From a virus: a stretch of DNA of 38,361 bases. The position numbers and the translations under genes are program-made. The DNA lies in the IMG/VR virus record IMGVR_UViG_3300024343_000039; one strand, given 5' to 3'. Below are positions 30,939-38,361 of this stretch, piece by piece (positions within the stretch are counted from its first letter, which is position 1; each line of letters starts with the position of its first letter). Below the pieces are notes generated by a model that was not told the DNA's origin, made no database searches, and saw nothing but the letters and a program-made list of their open reading frames with translations.

Positions 30939-33014
30939 TTACTGCTGCATTCCTTGCGTTTGCATACCACCCATCTCCGCAGGAGCCGTGCCGATACGAC
31001 CGATTTCTGCGTTCTGGGCCTGCTGGAGTTGGAACTGGTACTGCTCGGCGTATTTCTGGAGTCGCGTTGCGAATGCCTCGTCCGATTGTGCGCGTTGTGC
31101 GACATCTGGTTGCTGGACATACGCTTGCACAAGCTGCATTGCGATCTGTGCGCCATTGGGCTGGGCTGGAACTTCGATGCCTGCAAAGATCTTGGCGAGG
31201 TCGTCCGTGACGTTCTTCATGACCTTCTGCTGGGCTTCCTCGGCAGGTTGCAGGACATAGTCGGCAAAGATTGGGTTGATGCTAGATGCCGTGAACTCAA
31301 GGAGCTTATTCACATCCATAATTCCGTTGCGGTCGAGCTGGACGAGTGACACCATGTTCTTGAGCTGTGTTTCAGCTGTATCTGGGTCATTCGACTGGGA
31401 GTCAAAGTTGACCGTTATGTAGAAGTTTTCGTCGGGAGAACCTTTGCTCATCACCTGCGGGTTTGGGTTGCCCGTCACTTGGAAGAACACCTCGTCCGGC
31501 CCCATTCGTTGGTACAGCTTCCATGCGGTGTTCAACACCTCACGGACATGGTCTAGGAACTTACTTACGAAGTACTGCTGACGCATGCTTGCAAGCGGGT
31601 TGTTCATGTCCAGTCCCACGCTGCGGTCTGCCTGACCGATCATCGAAACTTCTACCTCGACGGAACCAGAGTCCATTGGAGGGGTTGGGCCGAACTGCAG
31701 TTCCCCAAGACGACGATACGGAATCCTGCGACCCGGCCCCCAGTCTGATGGCGGCTTTCCAGCGGGGTGCATGAGGGGAGGGAGAGTAGCAAGTGAAGCA
31801 CGATCAATACGAGAATCACGCTCGGTCTTGATCTGCATCTGCGGCCCTCGGAGTATGTCGCTAAAGGTCTGAACCTCATACATTCTTTTCTGGTTGTTAG
31901 ACAAACGAGTTACGACAAACGGATAGTCATCGTAACCATTAAGCAATTCATGCTTTGCATATCCATCGGTTGCGGGGTGGAAGACCGTGCAGTAGATACC
32001 CTCGGAACCATCCTCCTCGTCAATAAGTCTCTGGTATGCGTAGACAACCATAACAAGGTCGTTGTCGTCCGTGATGGGCAGGCGTGTGACCGTCTTGAGC
32101 TTCTCTCCATCCAAGTACATGCTGTCCTTGCCTCGGAGGCGATCAATAGCGTTATCAACCCACTCCTCGTCCCATCCCTCGTTGGTGACCTTTTTCTCCA
32201 GCTCTTGAGCTGTGAGGAACGTGCGCCAGAAAATGTAGGGGCTACGCTGCGGGTCGGAGACGTAGGGTGGGAACAAAACCTCGCCATCGGGGGCGCAGGA
32301 GTGGACGACCGGGCGATCAACGGTTACCCTAGGAATGGGTATTTGGGCCTCACCTTTGATTCTGAGGTCTTTGAGTGCCTTTCTGGCTCTCTTCCCCGAA
32401 AGCGCAGGGTAAGCCTGAGAAATCAATCCTAGGGCCATTTCTGATGCATTGGGGTCTAGGAGCATGTCCACCATCTCAGGGGCGGCCTGCGCCACCTCGT
32501 CGAGGGTAAGCGTCTGGAGGTAGGTGCGGGACTCCCGCTGCCAACCCACGTAGGAGATCATCAGCCCCTTTTCGAGCAGGTAGTTGGCCCCCAGTTCCAT
32601 GTGTTCCCGGAAGTTGGGGATGTATGTCGAGCGCATCCACTTAAGGAAGCCAGAGACCATTGCAGCCCTCGGCATGGATGCCATGCTGGTCGGGAATGCC
32701 TTGATGTGCGACCGCTGGAGGGCTTGGTCAAACAGTGCCACATAGGTGTCAATCCGCTCGCCAATGACATTCACCTCTTGGTCGCTGGCTCCCTGCCACG
32801 GGAATGCGTTCGCGCCGTTTTTACGAAGGTCGTCGCTTTTTCCGTCCCAAATGTTCCTGCGGTCGTCATAGGAGCGCAGGCATGCGTCGAAGTAGTAGTT
32901 GAGGTCAATCAGGCACGTATCGTAAGCCTCGGACAAAGCACCCACATCGGGTTCCTTATCCACATAGATAAGGGCTTCTCCTTCTTGATATTCGGTGAGG
33001 TCTTCAGTTTCCAT
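30939..33014 (-). CDS. Portal protein, 691 aa
   Basis: Size and position: the first large ORF downstream of the large terminase, after two small ORFs. Gln-rich C-terminus. No motif-level evidence. Confidence 0.6.
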   Translation of the reverse strand: METEDLTEYQEGEALIYVDKEPDVGALSEAYDTCLIDLNYYFDACLRSYDDRRNIWDGKSDDLRKNGANAFPWQGASDQEVNVIGERIDTYVALFDQALQRSHIKAFPTSMASMPRAAMVSGFLKWMRSTYIPNFREHMELGANYLLEKGLMISYVGWQRESRTYLQTLTLDEVAQAAPEMVDMLLDPNASEMALGLISQAYPALSGKRARKALKDLRIKGEAQIPIPRVTVDRPVVHSCAPDGEVLFPPYVSDPQRSPYIFWRTFLTAQELEKKVTNEGWDEEWVDNAIDRLRGKDSMYLDGEKLKTVTRLPITDDNDLVMVVYAYQRLIDEEDGSEGIYCTVFHPATDGYAKHELLNGYDDYPFVVTRLSNNQKRMYEVQTFSDILRGPQMQIKTERDSRIDRASLATLPPLMHPAGKPPSDWGPGRRIPYRRLGELQFGPTPPMDSGSVEVEVSMIGQADRSVGLDMNNPLASMRQQYFVSKFLDHVREVLNTAWKLYQRMGPDEVFFQVTGNPNPQVMSKGSPDENFYITVNFDSQSNDPDTAETQLKNMVSLVQLDRNGIMDVNKLLEFTASSINPIFADYVLQPAEEAQQKVMKNVTDDLAKIFAGIEVPAQPNGAQIAMQLVQAYVQQPDVAQRAQSDEAFATRLQKYAEQYQFQLQQAQNAEIGRIGTAPAEMGGMQTQGMQQ

Positions 33015-33291
33015 CTTTGAAAATTTCGTAGTGTTCGGAATCGGGGGTCTTTACGATTGTGAGCGGCTTGCGGAGGAGGTTGGGTGCCATCCACGCAGGA
33101 ACGGACACGGTGACTTTCTCCCCATCTAATGAGGCATATACATATCTGGGGTTGTTGGCGAGGCTAATCACTAGGGCTTCTTGGGGGGATGCCTTTACCA
33201 GCACTGCTGGGACTTCCTCAGTTGTTTCCACGGTTGCCTTTGGTGCCACTTTCTTTGCTGACTTGGCTGCCTTTTTAGTCGTATTTTTCAT
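33004..33291 (-). CDS. Hypothetical protein, 95 aa
   Basis: ATG-initiated ORF with a Lys/Ala-rich N-terminus. Confidence 0.5.
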   Translation of the reverse strand: MKNTTKKAAKSAKKVAPKATVETTEEVPAVLVKASPQEALVISLANNPRYVYASLDGEKVTVSVPAWMAPNLLRKPLTIVKTPDSEHYEIFKDGN

Positions 33292-33439
33292 GTGTTCCTG
33301 ATTGTAGGGTTAATTCTATGATTTTCATGGATAACACGCCAATAACGGACGCATAGGTTAGGTCAAATTCCTGTGTGAATCGGTCGATGGCGGCATCCAG
33401 TGCATCGTTAAAAGCCTCGGTTTGGTCTTCGTTGGTCAT
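33275..33439 (-). CDS. Unlisted small acidic ORF, 54 aa (MTNEDQTEAFNDALDAAIDRF...)
   Basis: The ATG shares a base with the terminase stop (TAATG); fills the gap after the large terminase gene. Confidence 0.4.
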   Translation of the reverse strand: MTNEDQTEAFNDALDAAIDRFTQEFDLTYASVIGVLSMKIIELTLQSGTHEKYD

Positions 33440-35037
33440 TAGTATCCTCCTGCTCCTTGTATGGTTACAGATATATGCGACCCATCCACATGGTCAATAC
33501 CAGACACGGCTGCGTAGCGTAGCACGTCAATGGGGTCTTTCCATGCCTCCTTTAGCCCCCCATCACCCGTGTACTCGGACAGGGCTTGTATGATGTTCTC
33601 ACACTCACTGCTGACGTAGAAGTGCGGTCGGTTGACGGAATCTCGCGGGATAGTTGTATCCCACGCCATTTTCCCGATTAAAGCCTGCAAACCATCGTCG
33701 ATCTCCAAGCCGGGGGCTGGAATGCACACGATATCTTGGTCGTTAAGGTCTTCGATGATACTGGATGCCCCGTCTGCGGCTTGGTACTTGGCTGCGCCTA
33801 GTCGGGGGTCGATCAGTCTCTCTGCGATCTCCTCGTCACCCTCAAGGTCACGGATTAGTTCCACATAGTCACGAATGCCAAAACCTTGGCCTTTCGCCCC
33901 CTGCCCCGGAACCCACTTGCCACCGCGCCACTCAGCCCAGTCACCCACGTCCACGCCGGGATATTCGCGGTAGACCCAGAACGTCCCGCTCTCGTCCACG
34001 GAGATCCAGCACATGAACCAGTTCTTGGCTCCTGCTGGGTCAATGATGTGGTATCTGGTGACGTTCTTGGTAGGTATGCTTTCAGGCTCAACAATGTTAA
34101 CTTCCTTGTTGAACTTGGGAAACTTGGTGGCATGGGACTTTACAGGAACCCCGTACGCACGAATTAGGATCTCCTCCCTAGGACGACCAACCAGTGTCTC
34201 CCGAATGCGTGCGTAGCCACCGAAAGGGTTATCTTGTGAGTGGAAGTAGTGGACGGATGCGTTGCGCTTCTTACTGCGCTGCACATATGGCACTAGCTCT
34301 CCGTTGAGCAGTTCAGCTTCCCTGCTCTCGACGCTGGTAGCACCATCTAGGTACTCCTTGATGACCTCCGTATACCCGTCAATCGGAGTGAAGGTCAGCA
34401 GTAGCTTTGCGTTGCGTGTAGCTAGTCGGAATCGCAGGGTATTTATCAACTCAGGGCCAAGCAAATACTCGTCCAACCAACACCCCACATTATGCCACAC
34501 AGGAGACCTAGAACCCAGCTCCGCTCCCTCCAATATGGTCGGGTTGTTCTGGTACTGACTATAGGTCTTGAAGATGATCTGGGAGCCATTGGGAAGGATT
34601 AGCGAGGAGTCTGTGAATCCGTTCTTCTTGGTGTAACTGATATAAGTCCCAGAAGATGTCTGCTTGGTACGCAACTCCGCAGGAAGCCAGTCCCAGACGG
34701 CACTCTGCTGCTGGCGAATGCTCACCTCTGAGGTCTGCGCGAAGCACATGATCTCGGCGTTGGGGTTCTCTATAGCCGCACGCACCACGGAGAATGCACC
34801 CCACTGCGTCTTGCCGCTGCGGTTGCCACCTAGTGCCACAATCTCGTTTACCTCCTGTAGCTGATCCTCTGCCTTCGCCCAGTGGGGGAGTCGGAAGCCA
34901 AAGCGGTACGGGTCGCGTTCAGCGTTGTCTACGGCTTCGTGATATACCCTGTGCAGAGCAATAAGCTCCTCTGGCTCCATGAGGGCAATCTCCTCATCGG
35001 TCGGCGGGGAAAGGATCTGGTGGGTGCGCCACTTCAT
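33439..35037 (-). CDS. terL: Terminase large subunit, 532 aa
   Basis: Walker A GGNRSGKT, Walker B-like GCWLDEY, C-terminal nuclease-sized domain; gene order small terminase, large terminase, then portal. Confidence 0.85.
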   Translation of the reverse strand: MKWRTHQILSPPTDEEIALMEPEELIALHRVYHEAVDNAERDPYRFGFRLPHWAKAEDQLQEVNEIVALGGNRSGKTQWGAFSVVRAAIENPNAEIMCFAQTSEVSIRQQQSAVWDWLPAELRTKQTSSGTYISYTKKNGFTDSSLILPNGSQIIFKTYSQYQNNPTILEGAELGSRSPVWHNVGCWLDEYLLGPELINTLRFRLATRNAKLLLTFTPIDGYTEVIKEYLDGATSVESREAELLNGELVPYVQRSKKRNASVHYFHSQDNPFGGYARIRETLVGRPREEILIRAYGVPVKSHATKFPKFNKEVNIVEPESIPTKNVTRYHIIDPAGAKNWFMCWISVDESGTFWVYREYPGVDVGDWAEWRGGKWVPGQGAKGQGFGIRDYVELIRDLEGDEEIAERLIDPRLGAAKYQAADGASSIIEDLNDQDIVCIPAPGLEIDDGLQALIGKMAWDTTIPRDSVNRPHFYVSSECENIIQALSEYTGDGGLKEAWKDPIDVLRYAAVSGIDHVDGSHISVTIQGAGGY

Positions 35038-35396
35038 GTTGTCTTGTACGATCCAGTTTCCATGAGAATGTCCTTGATGTGATATACGCTGTCACAATCA
35101 TCACACGCAAAAGTGTCGTCCTCTGGTGGGAATGACCCACGGTTTCCACCCACAAGGTGAATCTCGCGGTGTTTCTTGCGGTTCTGGCAGTATTGGCAAA
35201 TTCCGATAAATGGCTTCATGTGCTTCTCCAGCACCACATTCCAAATCTTAGCGTTGAACTTCTCGGCTAAGTATGAGGCGTAGCACAGCGTGTGGCACTT
35301 GTGTTTGACTCCATCATGCTCAATAACATAGTGGCGAAAAAGCTTATCACAGTCTGACAGACAATCTGCAAACTTGGATTGTGGTTCTGGTATCAT
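35034..35396 (-). CDS. Cys/His-rich (zinc-binding?) protein between the terminase subunits, 120 aa
   Basis: CHTLC...CQYCQNRKKHREIH...CDDCDSVYH; ATGA overlaps on both sides. Confidence 0.5.
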   Translation of the reverse strand: MIPEPQSKFADCLSDCDKLFRHYVIEHDGVKHKCHTLCYASYLAEKFNAKIWNVVLEKHMKPFIGICQYCQNRKKHREIHLVGGNRGSFPPEDDTFACDDCDSVYHIKDILMETGSYKTT

Positions 35397-35932
35397 GCGA
35401 CAATTTCAGCCTCGACTGCCTGCGCCTTCACCTTGCTGGCGATGCGAGATTTAGCCTCTGCGATCATCTTTGCGGCATCGTCGATACTCGCACCTTGCCT
35501 GTGTTCCACGACCGCAGTAGCCATGCCAGAGAGCTGCATGGACTTGTCCGTGAGGACACCCACGGTGATCGCCAGTCGGTCGGGGGAAATGTTCTTGAGT
35601 TGTTCGGGATCGTCGGACAACTGGTCTGCCTTTGCGAACAGCAGGTCGGTGTAGGTCTCCGCCGCCATCGCATATTTCTGCGAGAACTCCTTACGCTTTG
35701 TCTCCAGAGTGTCGCTGTGCCGCCACATGAGCGACCGCACGGTGTCACGGGCAAGCCCGGTGATCTCGGAGGTGGATTTGATAGACTTCCCCTGTGCGAG
35801 TAGCCAGAGGCACTTCGCAGCCGCCTGTGGGTTCCAGAACTCCACACGCTGCCTGTTGCCGTGTTCCTCGGCTCGACGCATCACCTCTGCGAACCATTCC
35901 TGATCTGGTTCTGCGGTTAGTTTCTCGCTCAT
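35393..35932 (-). CDS. terS: Terminase small subunit (HTH), 179 aa from ATG 35932
   Basis: LLAQGKSIKSTSEITGLARDTVRSLMWRH is HTH-like. It lies upstream of the large terminase with one small ORF between. The listed start is TTG. Confidence 0.5.
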   Translation of the reverse strand: MSEKLTAEPDQEWFAEVMRRAEEHGNRQRVEFWNPQAAAKCLWLLAQGKSIKSTSEITGLARDTVRSLMWRHSDTLETKRKEFSQKYAMAAETYTDLLFAKADQLSDDPEQLKNISPDRLAITVGVLTDKSMQLSGMATAVVEHRQGASIDDAAKMIAEAKSRIASKVKAQAVEAEIVA

Positions 35933-35945
35933 GGTGGTTGTCTGG

Positions 35946-36179
35946 TTATTCTTCGTCAGATTCCTCAAAGTACCCGGTAGCGTACATCAATGAGTTGTAA
36001 TTGCCATCTTGAGCCTCTTTGGCTGCAATTTTGATGTCCTCTGTGGCATTTTTTGGAACCGCTAAAACAATACCATCAGGCAAGTCGAGCATGTCGTACT
36101 TCATGATGTTCTTCCAGACATCAATTTCGTCTGGTTTATTTTTTGCGTCTTCAATTGTTACTGCGTATAGCTTGGCCAT
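35946..36179 (-). CDS. Small acidic protein, 77 aa
   Basis: ATG-initiated ORF following the giant ORF; acidic C-terminus EESDEE. Confidence 0.5.
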   Translation of the reverse strand: MAKLYAVTIEDAKNKPDEIDVWKNIMKYDMLDLPDGIVLAVPKNATEDIKIAAKEAQDGNYNSLMYATGYFEESDEE

Positions 36180-36195
36180 GTTTCAATGATTTGGT

Positions 36196-38361
36196 TCACT
36201 TCAGATTCTTTAGCTTTTCGATCTCGTTTGCAAGAGCATTTTCTTCGCTTTTTACCTCTTCGATCTGACTTTTGATCGTTTTTTCTGCGCTTTTATTTTC
36301 AGCCGTGGCAATTGACGCAGTCAAACTCTGGATTTTTTTCTGTCTCGCTGACAATTTCGACTTGAGCTTTTGAATTTCCTTTTGACGCAACTCTTTGGCT
36401 TTCTGCTTCTTGAGCCTCAATTCTCTATTTTCAGCAATTTTGCTAAGTTTGGCCTTCGTGTATTTTTCCACCTTCAATGGAATTTCTGCGTACTTTTTCA
36501 TGGCTCCAAGAACAGTTTCTTCGGAACCTTCTTTGACGCTCGCTTTGGGGTGTTTTGACCTATAGTCCGGGAATAACTCTTCTGGCTTTAATGTAGAAGA
36601 TGCAAGGAAGTTGTCTGCATTATCTGGGCCAAGCATCATCCAGTCAAACGCTTCATGTTCAACAAAATCAGGATTAGCTCTCAATGCATCTCTAACTTGT
36701 TTTTCTTGTGGAGACATTGCTGCTTCCTCTTTAGGATCATTGCCAAAGTATACAGCGAAAATATCTTTGTTTTTAGATAATTGAACCGCTCCAACAATAT
36801 CCATATTCTCACCTCCCTTGAAATCTTCTGTTTTACGAAGAATATCGGATGGGTTAAATGATCCAGCGGTAATTCCAATAAGCCCCTTGATTGCAGCACC
36901 TCTGGACTGGAATGTATTTCCAATGTTGTCCATGATTGCTAAAGAAGATGATTTCTCACTTAATTTTTTGAACGCGTACTCATGTTCTGTATTTTTATTC
37001 AAATAATCGCGCAACCTTTGTTTGGAATTATCAAGTGCTTTTTGAGTGCCGTTATTGTTATCAAGTCTTGTTTGTGCTGTTTTGATTTTTGAAATCAATT
37101 GAGCTATTTCAGCGTCAATTCCAGTCCAAGACAATGCATCTCTATCGGCAAACAAGCTTTGAATGTTAGCTTTGATTTTTTGAGATTCGATATCAGAAAG
37201 ACTTTCATCTTTTAATTTGTTTTGTTGCTGTTGAATCTTAACTGAAATTGAGCTTTTCTGTTGCGCTGTAATTGCGGCCTGCATAGCAACTGACACTACT
37301 CTCTGATCGTACTCTGATAGTTTTGCCTTATCCCAAGCTGCTTGCATTGTTCTGGCAATTCGTTTATTAGATGCGTGAGCAATTGGATCCATGATGTGGA
37401 TCAAGGCATATTCCGCATTGTCATTAAACCATCTATTTTTTGTTCCAGTAACAAATGTTGATGTCATGTTTGCCCAAATAGCTTTGTATTTCTTTCCGTC
37501 TGGGCCTACAACTGATACTTGATTTGACCGCAAGAATGGGTGCATTGGCCCACCCATATCCCCACCAGTTGCTCTCATCCTGTCAGCTTCTAGGATAATA
37601 ACATTTTTTCCAGCAAGCGTTTTGCGTAAATCTTTAAACTCCGGCCTCACGAGATATGCTGGGTCATAGTTAAAATACATTCTTTCCCCATTTGGGTGCT
37701 GGATATAAACCTTGGCTGGTTTACTATAATCAAATTCTCCTTCATTTGCTTCAAAGTTAATTACAGTTGAGTCAATGTCTGGAATGGTGTCAGTTCGTGA
37801 TAGTGGTTTTTTTGTTGGCACATCACCCTCAGGCATATACCGAATATCCTTACTCCCCACATCAAACCGCTTGCTCAACGGGATGACTTTGCCAGAGTCG
37901 TCGCGGGTGATTGGGTCTGCGGATTTGATTTGGTTGGAATCAAATACAATAAATTCTTGTTTCCCCGCATTAGTTTGCGGGGTTCCAATTACTGAATCAT
38001 ACCCTTGTTTTTGAATCTCTTTTTTGCGTGCTGGTGTAATTGCAGAATAAGAATAATCACCAGCATCAAGAATCAATGGATTATCCATTTTAAGATAAGC
38101 ACCTAAAACATTACTACCCATTGCACTAGCAATGTTTTTATCTGGTGAGAAATAATGACCTACACTACCTTCCATCCAAGGTAGTCTATCTCCTTTAGTT
38201 TCATCAAAAACCGTAAATTTTTTACCTCTTGATCCATGCCATAAAACTCCTTGTCTATAGCCAGCCTGCTTCGCGACCTCATCCACCATCATCTGCTGTG
38301 CCTCCACATCACCAGACTCGACAGCTTTCATGTAGTCGGAGTCTAGTTTCTCTGGCATGAA
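36196..38361 (-). CDS. Giant polyvalent virion/ejection protein, 3' part (listed as a 720-aa ORF; in frame with 1..5167 across the terminal overlap)
   Basis: ATG 38358 is the same base as ATG 124, which is an internal Met of the 5167 frame (5167-124 = 3 x 1681). The frame is still open at 38361. TGA stop at 36196-36198. Lys/Glu-rich coiled-coil-like C-terminus. Confidence 0.85.
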   Translation of the reverse strand, partial: FMPEKLDSDYMKAVESGDVEAQQMMVDEVAKQAGYRQGVLWHGSRGKKFTVFDETKGDRLPWMEGSVGHYFSPDKNIASAMGSNVLGAYLKMDNPLILDAGDYSYSAITPARKKEIQKQGYDSVIGTPQTNAGKQEFIVFDSNQIKSADPITRDDSGKVIPLSKRFDVGSKDIRYMPEGDVPTKKPLSRTDTIPDIDSTVINFEANEGEFDYSKPAKVYIQHPNGERMYFNYDPAYLVRPEFKDLRKTLAGKNVIILEADRMRATGGDMGGPMHPFLRSNQVSVVGPDGKKYKAIWANMTSTFVTGTKNRWFNDNAEYALIHIMDPIAHASNKRIARTMQAAWDKAKLSEYDQRVVSVAMQAAITAQQKSSISVKIQQQQNKLKDESLSDIESQKIKANIQSLFADRDALSWTGIDAEIAQLISKIKTAQTRLDNNNGTQKALDNSKQRLRDYLNKNTEHEYAFKKLSEKSSSLAIMDNIGNTFQSRGAAIKGLIGITAGSFNPSDILRKTEDFKGGENMDIVGAVQLSKNKDIFAVYFGNDPKEEAAMSPQEKQVRDALRANPDFVEHEAFDWMMLGPDNADNFLASSTLKPEELFPDYRSKHPKASVKEGSEETVLGAMKKYAEIPLKVEKYTKAKLSKIAENRELRLKKQKAKELRQKEIQKLKSKLSARQKKIQSLTASIATAENKSAEKTIKSQIEEVKSEENALANEIEKLKNLK
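37909..38331 (-). other. ADP-ribosyltransferase-like module inside the giant ORF
   Basis: Helical lead-in KAVESGDVEAQQMMVDEVAKQAGY, then VLWHGS...FTVFD...GHYFSPD...AYLKMDNP...GYDSVIG...QEFIVFDSNQIKSA. This gives H / Y / E spacing and the QIKSA ending I recall from ART domains of phage and plasmid polyvalent proteins. Confidence 0.5.
38235..38361. repeat. Terminal direct repeat, right copy (exact duplicate of 1..127)
   Basis: Same 127-nt string as bases 1-127. Consistent with the overlap left when a circular or terminally redundant assembly is linearised. Confidence 0.95.

Noticed and set aside
32956-32964. Perfect DnaA box TTATCCACA inside the portal gene.
   Set aside because: A single 9-mer is expected by chance about 0.3 times in 38 kb on both strands. 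It is isolated and within coding sequence.

Overview
This window is a complete, circularly permuted tailed-phage genome with a podovirus-like layout. Bases 1-127 are identical to 38235-38361, so the unit length is 38,234 bp. Every gene I can support, about 65 including roughly nine below the 60-aa ORF-track cutoff, lies on the minus strand. Reading down the minus strand the modules are: small and large terminase (35932-33439), portal (33014-30939), a block of small basic proteins, a 0.77-kb non-coding region (28101-28917), scaffold / HK97-type capsid / terminator (28100-25517), adaptor and fibre-like genes, a lysis cassette (23399-22456), an accessory/recombination/replication block (22459-12629: metallophosphoesterase, ERF annealase, PD-(D/E)XK exonuclease, SSB-tip mini protein, orphan DnaA domain-IV protein, DUF1599, RHH, wHTH initiator, DnaB), a 0.83-kb non-coding region (11795-12628), then tail and internal-virion genes (11794-5186). 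The main result is that the apparently ORF-less 5 kb at the left end is the 5' part of one 2,401-codon ORF. It starts at ATG 5167, runs off base 1, and continues in frame through the terminal overlap into the listed 720-aa ORF, ending at 36196. This giant protein looks like an ejected polyvalent effector: hydrophobic Gly-rich segments, an HExxH module, an ADP-ribosyltransferase-like module and six M-P-E linker motifs. I saw no DNA polymerase, RNA polymerase, integrase, tRNA or CRISPR array. The two long non-coding regions carry a shared promoter-like element, tandem DnaA-box-like repeats, an over-represented 7-mer, iteron-like repeats and two promoter-plus-terminator units that could be small RNAs. 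All functional calls rest on motifs recognised by eye; no database search was possible.
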